A DNA stretch of 64,000 nt from Ophelia neglecta (lineage: Eukaryota), in NCBI GenBank assembly GCA_965285935.1, contig OZ260664.1:78740001-78804000 (forward strand), given 5' to 3'. The number at the start of each line of letters is the position of its first letter. Within the stretch, counting starts at the first letter, position 1. Below, piece after piece: positions 1 to 13,700 of the stretch. The notes under the pieces were generated by a model, which saw only the letters and a list, made by a program, of their open reading frames with translations, made no database searches and was not told where the DNA came from. Made by a program: the position numbers and the translations under genes.

Positions 1-3000
1 AGCATGCTGCATTGTCTTATTGGCATGCTATGGGGCTCTGGGAGTCATGTTGTCCATTAGGAAAGCATTGACAAGAAGAACACTGAGAATAAATAATCAG
101 CTCCTCGCTCTATTTATTACATTGAAATACCCTGTACAAGTAAGGAAAGCCAGGCTGATTGCATGAGCTCACCACCAGATATCCATTATTTCTTTCCTTG
201 TGGGCCCTCTACATTTTTTTTAGGTTTATAGTGAAGTGCCCAAGGGCTCATTATAACTAAAAACTGATGTATCCTTATAACATAATGTGGTAACTTTCTA
301 TCACATAGGTCGCTTAAGGTCTTGAATGAAGCTAAATGATGGTCAGTGGTTAGACAGATGTGGAACTGTGATTTGTCACATGTATGCTGGGCTGAGCCCT
401 ACAGATCCACTGTGATGCCTTGGACAATAACCCAATTTAAACCTGGGTATGCAGCACAAACTGCCATCAATGGTCATTTGTCAAGATTTCCGTGTATCTA
501 CTGGAGCTCAGACATGGTGCCTTCTGACTTTCCAGCTTTCCAGTCAGACCTGTTAACTGAACTGTGGAGAGCCACCCATTGGTGGTCTTGTACAGTGTCT
601 GCATGTGTTCTGGTGTCCTACTGCATGGTGAGTCTAAACTCAGGCTAATGTGTCTTTACAGAGACCATTTTGTATCCCACAAAGAGGCCCTCCTTCTTGG
701 CTTGTCACAAGTGTGAGGATGTCCCCTTCCACACAAAGCCAGAAGTGTGAGGATGGCGCCTCCCCCTCCCAGTCACAAAATAACAGCCTCACAATAGAGG
801 TCCCCTTTTTATCCAAACCAAAATGAGACACATTTGTGAGGTTCCTGTTTCCTGTACCCCCCCCCCCCCTTCTCCCCTCCTTCCGCCACAGGGATGTACA
901 ACCCTTCATTATTTTGTCCATTTGGAAGTATATTCTGCGGCTCTTGCCTACTTGGTTTATTATCATGATTCAGAATCTGTGGTGTTATGGAGTCGCCGTC
1001 CGCCAAGCGCGCTAACATCGGCCTGACTTATGGTCTCGTCACTGAAAGAAATGTAGAATAAAAACCAACCATAAGTGTCACCAGTGAAAAAATGTTAGTG
1101 CTGTACGGCATTTGTAGGGTGAATGTGAATGGGGACAGCCCCATAGACATTCTGGAGCCTAAATAGTATCAGAGTCTCTGGTGATTATTGAACACAAACA
1201 ACAATCGTTCATCTAGGTTTAGATGTTATTTAACTAAGTGCTATTGTTTTAATATTTTGTATACAAAAGCAATGACTATTCAGTGCTCGTCGCAAGCATC
1301 GATGTGTCAGTATATTGAGATCATTAGACACGATTCATGATGTTAATGAGTATCAAATATAAGCCGGAAAATTGATACAATGTGCGCATAGTTTAACAGA
1401 ATATTTTTTATTGTATGAATTATTTACCTTTTTTGTGGACTTAAAAATTTCCTTGCATTTAGATGTACAATATCTGAGTAGCTGTCATTTTGCTGAAACA
1501 GCCTTTAGTAGGCTTTTATTTGTTTTATACCTTCGTTAAATAAGAGTCTCACAAAACCGAAGGTAATTTCACGCTTTACAGTAATGCCTGACTAATGTAA
1601 GCATTCGATCATGAATTAGATTGCTGCTTGTAATGGTAATAGTATGGTAATAGAATGGTAATAGAATGGGAAGAGTATGGCACCATTTGCCCGATAATGT
1701 TTGGAGATTTCACGCATGGCTTGTTAATGCCACAACCTGCCCTAGTTTATTGCCCACAACCTCCGTTCGTCTTTCAGCCGGTGCTACAATGCCTGTTATT
1801 GGACGGTTGTTATTTGCAGGTATTGATTTGTAATATTAATTCATATTGGTTCGCAGGGGGTGGTAATCTGTTATGGTCGTGACTCCGAAGACTCAATTTT
1901 GGCCTTTGCTCAAAATCTGAGCCCCTTCCGCCCCTCTGACCACGCTAAGCTTGCTGAGGTGCTAAGCGTGAGTAAAGAGATTATCTTCTCCCAGGGGGCA
2001 CTGCCCTAAACCCCAACCCACACAGTAATCCTGTGCTTTTCTCGGGATTGGTGCGAGACGCTGAGATTTGAAATATCCCTGTTTTAACTGTGCCATCTAT
2101 ATTGATAAGCCTGCGTATAAATCTGCTTCAAACTGTGTAGAAATCATTATGCCCATGGTACATGTATCTGCATTTATTAACATAACTGTGTCCACAGAAA
2201 CAGCAGTCAGTAGAAGTATCTTTGGGTGCAGGAAACAGAATGCTGTTTTCTGGTGTAAATAAGAGCTACCAGTCTCTTTAACTGATATTCCAATCATTAC
2301 CGCAGTAGTATTTAATAACATGAAAAGACCGTATCAATTGATAGAATTTTCTGGATATGTATGCAGTGTATGGTTTTATGCTCACTTCAGTTTAAACTAA
2401 TTGCACAAATTCAGTATTCATCAGCGGTGAACAGCTATTTTCATGATATGTCCACTGCCAATTTTATTTCATGAGAATATAATTATGATAGGTGCCAGTA
2501 ACTTGCAGTATATGCCAATTGGCATTTTGATGTGAAATGTGGAGGGGTTTACTTATTTTTTACTGAATGGAAAAGCAAATTTAATGGCTCAATTTCTGTT
2601 TTGTGTTTTTTGCTACAAGTGGGTGTAGAATGCAGTATTTGCTGGTGCGATATTTGACCATCTACGTGTATGTGTATAGCTATATATATGTATTAACATG
2701 GTAGATAAGCCTTCAGTTCATACAGACATCTGCTCCATCATGTATTCTGAGTGTTGCCAAACCAATGGCTTGCTAACCTCCTCAGCCTCTCCTGGGACAC
2801 ATCTTTAGCGGCTATTCTCTGGCAGTTGTCTGGCATGTTTGGCCTCCGCTGAGCAAGCCCAAGCTAATCCCAAACACAGCCTGTATAACGTTGTCTTGTC
2901 CTCTGTGCAATTTGATGAGGCCATCTTTGACTTGCTCCTCTATGCTAAGGGGTCCCAAACTTCAGGAAACCATCTCCTTGGTTAGCAGACAATACTTTAT

Positions 3001-6000
3001 GATATAACTCAGTGTTGATGCAGGCCCTTTTGTGAATTGCAGCCATCTTGCAGTGTTAGCCCATGCAGACTCGGGTAATGTTGTGCAGCCAAAGTCACCA
3101 AAACACTCATCAATCATGGCTATATTCCCTCATTCCTGAAAAGCAGAATTTTGCATCATTATGTCATTCATTACAAACACATAAATAGTATCAGATTGCT
3201 TCCCTTGAAGACCAGCTACTCCTATATTAACATGATTAAAGAACCATTATATGTGGGGTGTATAGCAATCGGGTCATTTACTTAATTACTTTTGAAGTAT
3301 CAGTGGCAAAATGAAATTTGGCTATTTTATCCTGTAAACAGTCAGTTCAATAAAGCATATCATTCCATAGCTTTAAATTATCATTATTAATAGCCAACAT
3401 CCCAAAATGGTAAATTTGTATTTAGAATAGTGCTTCCTGGAGGTACCCAAAGCCATTTATGGAAAGCTAATTAAGCTATAAATAAGAATCTTACAGTGGA
3501 GAGTACAATTACTTCAGTGTCTCTCGTCAAGCCTCTCCTGCTAACAACACTTGTGGAAGGTGAAGATGTGCAAGGCCAATAGAAGTCTTTTGAGATTTGC
3601 CTTCATCAGGGCATACAAGCCAAAGATAAGTCCCAGCCTCCACACTAACACAAACAGCTCCTACATTGATATATACATAACGTGTATACATGTGGATAAC
3701 CACACCAAAAAAACAACCTTGCTCTCTGCCATAAACAAGTTTAAATGCTTGATGGGTAACCTTTGTTGATGAAAATGTTTAACCTTAATTGGTTCTGCCA
3801 TGGCTGGTTGGGTGCTATCTAGCTCTGCAGGGTGCTGTACATCCATAAAGATTGTTTGTGTGAGGAGTTTAGCCAGACTTGTGTGGTGGTGTGGGCTGAG
3901 TTAATTGATTGATTTGACTGACAGAGGGTTGTAGATGGAGAGAGCTGACTTGTAATGAAGTCCTGCACTCTTCTGCCCCTGCAGTAATCAGCAGTAGAGT
4001 CCGCCGAGACCGCAGCCGTATGGATCGCCTATCCGTTACCCTTACCACCGTCAGCCAATCGTGTAGATTCTAGAACCACTTATGACCCTTCTGTTATCGG
4101 CCATTGTGTGTGTATCAGAACTTTCTTTATTGCCTACTCGCTCTTCCTTGCATTTAGGTCAGGCATCATTGCCCCAGACGCTCATGAGGGAATCGGGGAA
4201 AATATTGACTTGAGGCACTCACCCACACATGACTCATATCCCTGGTGATGTTTCCTCATGGCCAGACACCTTCAGTAGTCCTGACAAGATGTCCACAGGA
4301 CAGGGGACCACACTGACCCCCTTAAGTATATGATCAATAGTATCAGTCGGAGTAATTGTATTGACTTTTGCAGTTCCTATCGGCTCAGCCCACCAGCTCA
4401 ATTAAGTTAGCTCAGTGGATGAAAGAAAAAGCAAGTTCATACAGTGTGCTAGACGGTGGTCTCTACAAAATGATGACTATTTACATAATGCGTAGAGAGA
4501 AATGAGAGCCTCAGTGCACATTTCCTCTCTGATCCAGTGTCCATGCCAGCAGACATGAGCCCTGCATGAGAAACATACAAATTCCATTGATGGCATTTGG
4601 TGTAGTGTCTTATGCTTGCTGGGCTGATTCCAGGCATCCGCAGTGGCTCTCAAATGGATCATCACCATTTGAGGCAGTCTTGGCGACACGCAAAAAAACT
4701 TAGGAAGCGATGTAATTATCGTTGTTTGTGGAAATGTCATCCAAATGCGGCTCATTAAATTAACATCACCTGATGGTCACACTGCTAGGCTAGGGGGTTT
4801 GAACACTAAGATAGCAGCTGGACATTCTATAGCCGAGCTATAAAACTTAAAGAAAGTAGACAATCTTTGATGGGAATTTTCCACTTTTCTGTCCATATTC
4901 TCCTAATACAGCAGTGCAGCTTGGTGAAGAAGATTGGATGACAGTGTTGCCTTGTTTCTCTCTGTCCCTGTGACAAGTCTGTTTCATGCTGATTGCAGGT
5001 TTTTTGAGACAGCAGGATGATGAATCACTGCTCATATCTATGCAGTAAATGGCATGAGGCAGAGAACCCAATATGAACACTATTTTGCTAAGAACACTGA
5101 TCACGTTTAAGGAACAAAAAATTACTCATTTTTCAAACAACATTTACAGACCAAAACTTCATTCATTTCATTCATAAATATGTGAAAGCTGCTGCAGGAA
5201 AGCCCTGAGTTCTGCGTTTTTTGTTTGTGACTTTTCCAATTAGACTAAAAGAGTTTGTCCTTAACAGGAGGTATGCCCAGAGAAATGGAAGGATTATAGT
5301 TTGTTTAATCTATTGTAAGAGAAGAGTTGTGCGTGTCCCCTTTCCCAGGTCACTATCAGATAAATAGGCGAATTGATAACCACAGAGTTAAGAAATGTGG
5401 ATTTTTTATATAGATGTATTAGGGAAAATACTATTTCTCCTACATCCATAAATTAAAACTGGGAAACCTAAAAGTCAGAAAACTAAGTTTAAGATTCCAA
5501 GATGAGGGTAATTAAAAAAAATGGAATCCCAAAGAATGGGCAAATGTCAGTTCCTAAGTCATGGAAGTTCAAGTCATGGAGTCCTGTGTTATCCTCAATT
5601 AAAAAGGCTGATATGAAGGTGATGGAAAAAGCCCAACCCTACTTGGGACAATAGTTTCAAACTATTTAACAGCTATCAGTTGTGTGTCACTTTTCTGATA
5701 TCAAACAATAACATGTCTGAGACATAAAACCTTACCTTTGCAATCTTTGATTATCATTTTTTTCTCTATATGAAATATTGATTTCATTATTATTCAACTT
5801 AACTAACATTAATGACCCCAACATGCCCAACCCTGCCATGATGTCATCTGTGCATGATGGGGCTTGCGATTTTGGTGGGTCTCTAGATTTGAAATATAAA
5901 TTTAACTAGGAGAATAAGAATTATGAAAAATGTTATAAGTAAATTTTGTGCTTTGAAATTTGTGAGTGTATTTTGTACCATATAATCACATGGTCGCCAA

Positions 6001-9000
6001 ATGAGCAAACGAGTCTGGGAATCTTATCTGATTTATGATGTCATTAAAGAAAATGTATGACATTTATAAGTTTATAAATTTGTTTATTCATTTGGCTCAT
6101 ACGTTTCATGAGAATGAATATTAAAATAGTGGTATATTGTGCCATTATATCCTGTCCCATTAATATGAAATTTTGATTCCTGGCTTCAAGTGGTGCCTAT
6201 GATTCCAGCTGCCTTTTATTATTTTGTGTTCGCATTGGGATACTCAGTTTTTATTATTATATTGATGGACAGAAATGCAAGTGGGTGTCATGTTATGTAA
6301 ACAGGCTGGACATCCTTTTCAGAGGAATTAAGTCATGTTATCAGAGTATTATAATATGTACATGTATGATGTGGATAGTAATCTGCTTACTTGGTGGCGG
6401 GCGACTCTGATCCAGTCCAGATATTATTAAAACATCAGCGTCAGTGTTCAAGGAGGAATATGGGGAGGGGGGGGGGGAGGGGGGGAACTAATCTACTCAC
6501 ATGGTGCTACTCCCCAATCCCCCATATAGACACTTCAGTAGGCAGTTCTGTCATTACAGTATTCCTGTCATTAAGAGGACTATAGTTGGTGATTATCACG
6601 TCTGTAATTTGGCATTCATCCTGCCCACATATTCAGCCGGCTTCTCTTACAATCTTGTTTGGAGGATTAGGCCAGATGGAGGTCAAGACATTATGTGGTT
6701 ATCATGCATTCGCATTCTCCCCCTCATTGGATTAGCTTGGCTTCCGAGAAACCTGAAAACCAGTGAGTAATGTCAACCCACAGAGCAGAAATAATGCTTG
6801 CTGGTAAAATGTTAGTAAACAATGATTTCTCAATATAAAATATATAAAATAAATAAATAAATAGAAATTGATAATTTTTTACAAATTTAATTAAAAACTG
6901 ATTTAAATCTGATGAATTACATTCAGTGAAGTGGAAGCAGGCCACATTAATGTTTATTAATATGGTATTGTAGACTCATCTTTCAGTGAGGTGACAAATA
7001 AGGATGAAGATTATTAACTTACTAGTATGTAAGTAGTTAACATTAACAGGATATGAAATGTGCAGATTTGGTTTGAGCCTGACAATAGATATCGGTATTT
7101 GGTAGGAATGTTTGTAACTCATGAATTTGCATCACATGCTTAATTTTCATTTACGAATAATAATTTTATTTAAACAACAGTGGAGCAGACATATACAGTG
7201 TTTGTCAACATGGTTAAAAAGGGATCATGGTAACATAAGGCTGTGTTACCATGATACTATCATACTTTCTGCATCAAATGAATTCCTGGAGGAATGTATG
7301 AACAAAGCAAGATTATTCTGCTGTGTTTGAAGACATTAATTTAAGTGATCAAGATTTTGCCAGATTTATGTACCTATAGGTATCCCTAAGAAAAGGGCTC
7401 AATAGAATTCTGTGAAACTGTATATGTGTAGCCACCATTTTAATATCATACATGCATATAATATGCGTCTTACTATGATCAATTCAACAAGGTGAATCTT
7501 GAGAGATTTGAAGATATTTTTTATGATGAAGGGAGTATATTGAAATGGTTGATAGTCTTACATATATATAAGCTGCATACACAGTGCATATGTACACTTT
7601 TGCACATATGTGTAGTACATACAAACAAGCTCTTCAGAACTCTTTCCCTTATATTCAATTTTTTTGCAGTCTACATATAAAGAACATTATTTTCATCCAA
7701 ATATTTTTTAAATTCATTTTTCAATCCATTACAGTATAACTTGGAAGATAGAATTGAAGCCCTTGGTGGAGAGAAAATCCAATCCATAATTTACATTTTT
7801 GGTTTTGGCATTTTGACCTTTGGAAGTGTCCTTGACATTTGCCTCTCTCATGGTCTGCCAGTCTGTGGACAATTACATTAGGTTTATTTGCAGTTTACAG
7901 GGGAATTTATTGATAAAAATTCATCATATAAATAAAATTATTTGTAGGAAGGTACCATCTTATATCATTGTGTGTACTTATTTGATTTGAGATTTTAAGG
8001 CCTTTTTTATAACTAAATAAACCTTGAATGCTTTTGAACATTTGATCAAGACAAATAATGGACAATAATGCATGAAAATCATGAAAATATGCCAGCAACT
8101 ATGTAGTCCTGTGCACTCAAGGGTGCAGGGATGCGTATGATTTTTAAAATATGATGAATTGCCGTCGGTTTTGTCCTACTCCAGTGTGGCGCCAAGTTGA
8201 CAGGTCTCATCACAGGCAGTGCCGCTGTATAAAACCTGGTGACTGATTGCGGCGGCCTTGCTGAGGACTTCTCCGGCAGGTCATGTCATGGTGCAAAAAG
8301 GCCTCTAGCTCCCCAAGCGTGTTCTAGGCAAGGCACTTAACTACAATAATGAGTCTGGTTCTTACCCCCTGGCTTACTGACTCAATAGGCAGTCATTAGG
8401 AGCAGCCTTTTTTCCTGTTTCTTCTTGCTATGCAAGTTGGTAAGCTAATGGTTGCTCAATTGGCCATACTAGCGCAACTGTTGGCTGCTTGTTTCCTGAT
8501 ACGTAGGCTATTTGGACATGTATTTATATAAAAAAATTGCTATTCCTTTAGCTAAAAAGAAGCAAAAACATTGGTATTTATCAGAAAAAGAAGATAACTA
8601 TAAGTCCAACATTCCCCAAGACTTTCTACTGAAGCAACCTTACATAATATATTATATAGGGCAACACTTGATGCTTCAATCAGTCAGTAGGGTGTAGCTA
8701 ACTTAAAGATGGTCATTCATTCTTTGTGCAATGCTATAAATGTATGTGTAGACAATTGTGTCAAATTCTGGAAGGAGTGAGGGGGGGGGGGGGCTCCTTG
8801 GTAATGGATATTGCCTCAGCTGATTGGTCTCTGTCTAGAGTGAATCCAGTACTCATTTCAAGACACAAGCCACCAATCCAGCGATCACATTTATAGTAAT
8901 AAGGTTATGGAGAGCAGAGCAGGATTTAGGCATCAATGTGACAGACAAGAGACAAGCCAGAAATATTAACTCCACACATTCTGTCCCATTCAATTCTATA

Positions 9001-12000
9001 TTAATAATCAAGTTGTCAAAAAGTGAAGAGCCAGCAAGCTAAGGTAAATCCTGTCCAATAGATACAAAATGTAGGTTAGCTAGTTTATTCAATAAGTTAA
9101 TAGATTATGTTGCTTTATTCAGCTTCATCTCTTAAAATCACACATGGGGTGCAATCTTGGCCCAATGCATGAGCCATGGCATCATATTTTTAAAGTGTAT
9201 TTCTCTTATGACTAAATATCAGTTGAGCCCAAGGCAATTGGAGACCAGGTCACTGCTGTTTTAGTACAGGAATGTTATTTACCTGTTACTGGTGGTTAGA
9301 ACGTATGATAATTCTTGAAGGTGCCTTTAGGGTATATAATAGAGTGGACAAGAATCACGGCGGCCCTGCTCTCTTGTTCTCGCTAATGGACTGAACTACT
9401 GACTAGGGAGACATCCAGCAGACTATTAACCATCGTAAATCAAGACCGACCAGAGCTATGGCCGTGCCAATTTTCTACTCAACTGGACTTGTCTCCGTCG
9501 GGTGTAAGCCCGATCAATATCACAAGTCAAACATAGACATTAGATGTGCTGTGTGGCACTATGGTACCATCGGGGCCCTGCATGGTCAGTAGGGGATCCC
9601 TGGATGAAGTGGAGAGGGGTTTAAAGGGTTGTTCAAGGGGGTCCAAGGGAATGCAGTTCCCTATAGCTCCTACACCCTTCTTTATCACAGGGTTGTGATG
9701 AACTTTGAACGGGGGAATATATAAAACATTTCCTAAATGAGAAGACTAACAATGAGTCTGTGCCTAGTTTTTCTCCTCTTCTGTCCCCTCCTCCCAGAGA
9801 CAATGGGTCTAAGTGTCTACAACATTCTAGTGTCTGGCTGGAAATCACTGGGACATTGGATGTGGAGTGATAAGTTGGACATACAGCATGGCTAAAATCT
9901 CTCAAGAAAACTCAGCCACAGGTTTATTATCCCAGGTCAGATTAGGGGAAATTGTGTAGGTAAACCTGTACTATTATAAGTTCAAATATAGAGGTCCACG
10001 GTCAATTTGGTATCCGAAATACTTAATTAATTAATCATATTTACCGGTCATACTTTATCTCAATTGGGGTTTTGTCGACAGACTGGTTTGTCACTGAGTT
10101 TCTTTCAGAAGCTTCCGGATCCCAAGGAATTACTCTCTCTTTATTGGTCAGATCTGTCTTGTTAGTACGGTCCCGGAAAAGAATTATGCATAAGAGCTTC
10201 CTGGTAATCCAGAATTATTAGAGCTTTTCAGCATGTTAGCCCCTGAGAGTAGTAGTCTGAGTGCTGCGATATATTCAGATGCATTGACTCCTGCAATAAG
10301 TACCGAGCTTACGCCTCTGAATGTCTGATTGGGTGGTTGAAGAATGTCGGTATAGAGGAGAAGGACTGCACAGAATTTATTGTGTGGTCATCTTCTTTGA
10401 ACCTAATCTCCAATCAATGAATAATTAAAGTGAAGTTCATATGATGTCTTTGAAATAATCAAATGGCCAGACATCTGTGGACGGTCCCCTAGAAAAGACT
10501 GGTAAAAGGACAAAATGATAGAATGTCTGTAAAATGGCACTGATCACTTAACTGGCAATATTGAAATATAAAAAGTTAGATATAAAACCTTTCTCAGATA
10601 TTGGAGGGGCAAATATACATTACCTGATTAATGTCTTTTTTGTACATATTGATTCTTCCACAATTCTCACTCAGTTTGATGGTTGCAATATGTTTTCCTG
10701 TTTTGACAAATAAGATTGTATATTATGAGTTTGTTACTCTTCCCATGCTTGCAATTTATTTTGGATATCAGCTGATGCATTCTGAGTTATACTCTTGAGC
10801 ATGTACTTGATATAAAGAAGCCTAATGCATAGCCAATAAATGCCCCCCCTCCTCCCCCCCCCCCCAAATTATTAACTGGCCTCAGAACACTGTATTCTGG
10901 CCCTAAATGAGTAAGCTCCATGAAGGTTCTGTTATTGTAACATGTGGGCTTGGATTGTCCCGTCTGTTTTCTAGCCGTTTAAGGGAAGGATTCAAGGACT
11001 AGATAGATGAGGAGCGTCCAGGAAGACAGTGTCTAGGGAGCAGCCCTTATACCCCATCAGTTTTTGATGAAGCTCAGCACATGAAGTCATCGAAGAGGTG
11101 CAATTGTGAAATAATAAGAGACAGTCAGTGTTTTTCTCCCTGCCCCAATCCCATTTAATGTCTGAGATGCCGTCTGCTGAACCACAGTTTGAGCCACTCA
11201 TTACGAAACTTCACAAGTTAGAGTAATCCTGGCAGAGTTTTTGTTGTTTTAATGGCGCTAGTCGGCTTGTTTCATGTTGCCTGCTGACAGGTTGAGTTGA
11301 ATAAATCAGTTGTAGAGGCTTTTAAATTTGCCCTGATCATCCATTCCTTAAGCCAACCTAAACAGGTTGAAAAATAACTTCTCAGACAGTGCACAGCCTG
11401 CTAATCTTAGAGATCAGACAATAGATGTTAAAGACCAGGTGAAAAAACTATAACTAAGGCTTAGAAGAAAAGAATAACAAAGTCTGGCCAAAAAAGACAT
11501 TTTGTAGGTAATTGAGAGTGAATACATTTTAATATTATGTGATTTAAGAGACCTGTTTGGTGACCAAGAGCAAGGTATGCATTATTTTTGGTCTAAGGTA
11601 TCAACTTATTGAAGCCACTGACCAGTTCAGCCACTAATGTAACAGTAGGTGTTCCTTAAACTTTTCATGTAAATTGGTATCCACAGATTTCCCATATTAG
11701 TTTTTTCATGCTCAGAATGACATCCAAGGATGTATTATCTAGGTCAAGGTTTTCAAACTCACCTGCTTCAATGCTTTAACAAGTATCACCTAATTAATAT
11801 CGGCAGATAGTTCCTTCCTTAATTATAAGCCAGCCTTGGTCTTGTCCATTCCTACCAATGGAGACCAACAGGGATTTGTCTGTGGCTGGTTTAAGACCAC
11901 TGTAAAATCAATGAGACCAAACTATGCATCATAACAGTTGTGGCCGAGAATGCAAATTCTGTCACCCAGCCTGGAAGTGCCAAGATAATCGCTAATGGTA

Positions 12001-12587
12001 GAGCTCATGTGTGAAGGCAGATTACTGATATGAACATTGTAATTCCAGCAGCCACCATATGCCATCCCTCATCCTGCCAACTCCCACAAAGCCAGTTTAG
12101 ATAACTGGACTTGTTCATTCCGTCTGATATTGTCGTCTGCAGCATGCTTATCAAACAAGAGGATTATGGAAGTGTGAGTTTTCATATCTGTGTTTTTTTC
12201 CTGAAGGAAAGAGCTGAGGAATGTGCAGAAGCTTTATTGCATTTTCTCCCCAGCACTTGTTCCTATTATGAGCAAAGAAACATAGTTTATTTTGTAAGTT
12301 ACATATGGCCTTACACTTGTAACTGGATGGGACAATCTGTGACCTATCCTCTTCATCAATACTTTTGTGTAGCATTATAATAGGAAAATGAAAATATGAA
12401 TCTGCACTCTTGTAGCCATTTCAATTTTGTACATTTAACCAAATTGATTTGAGCTAAGAGTTATCTTTCTAATATCTCATATCAAAGCTCATCATACTGG
12501 GACTTTTTGTATACAACCATGACACTTTGATGCAGTCCTACCAAAGCCGAAGCATTCACATATGACTCCCACATTATGGTCCTATTC

Positions 12588-13700
12588 TTTATTATTTATT
12601 ATTATTATTTATTCAATTTATTTAGCGCTTTTTCCAGAGTCAACTGTTCAAAAGTGCTTTACATAAAAATATTTTCCATCACACACAAGACCCAACTACA
12701 TAGTTGAAATAAAGTATAAGCATTATATTACACATAAATCTAAACTCCAAAGTTAAAATAAAAAGACAAGTAAGAAATATCATATTTAGAATATAAAAAA
12801 CTATACTAAAACAAATTAGACTGAATTTAAAAATTATGGGAATGCAATTCTAAAAAAATGTGTTTTGAGTGCCCTCTTAAAACAATCTAATGTATTACAG
12901 CACCTTATATCTGCAGGTAGACTGTTCCATAATTTAGGGGCAGCAACTGAGAAACGTCTCCGGCCATATGTGGACGTTTTATATTATGGCACTACCAATA
13001 AATGTTGGCCCTCAGATCTGAGAGATCGGTTTGGCACATACGGAAAAATGAGATGCTTGAGATATAGGGGGGCCAGATCATGCAGACATTTATAAACAAA
13101 AAGACATACTTTAAAATGGATTGGCTGCCTAACGGGTTACCTATGTAGTTTGGCCAGGAGTGGGGTGACATGGCAACTGTATGAAGAAGTTGTCACCATA
13201 CGAGCAGCTGAGTTCTGCACACGCTGCAATTTCTCCACAAGTACATCAGGCAGCCCTACATAGAGCGAAATTCAAATTGTCTATTCTTGAAGTTATAAAG
13301 GCATGACTGTGTAATAGTCAAAAGGGCATCTCAAGTAAAATACTTTTTGATTCTGGATAAATTTTTCAGATGCTGAAAAGCTGATTTACATGCCAGGTCA
13401 GTCTGAACTTCCAATGATCTGTTGGCTTGAAAAATTGCACCAATATTACGTGCTGTCAGAGAAGACTCTATTACGGATTGACCAATCTTTACTTCCGCTA
13501 CAGAGTTCAGGTCTGTCTCGAACCTAGACTTTTAACACCAAAAACTCAGTTTTCTCATCATTTAGCTTCAAGATGCTCCCTGCCATCCAATTGCGCACAT
13601 CAGCAATGCACTTCTCCAAGTCATCTCTTACAGTGACTACATTTGGGGCCTTAAAAAAGGCATACAGTTGCGAAACATTGGCATAAAAATGATAGTACAT
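12588..13700 (-). mobile_element. Degraded 5'-truncated LINE (L2/CR1 group), ORF2 C-terminal part plus 3' tail
   Basis: Minus-strand translation gives a degenerate RT motif (YHFYANVSQLY, cf. YADDxQLY) near 13700, then LPDVLVEKLQRVQNSAARMV...HVTPLLAKLH...FSVAAPKLWNSLPADIRCCNTLDCFKRALKTHFF, with stops and frameshifts. A (TAA)n/AATAAA-rich tail lies at about 12588-12630. Confidence 0.85.
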
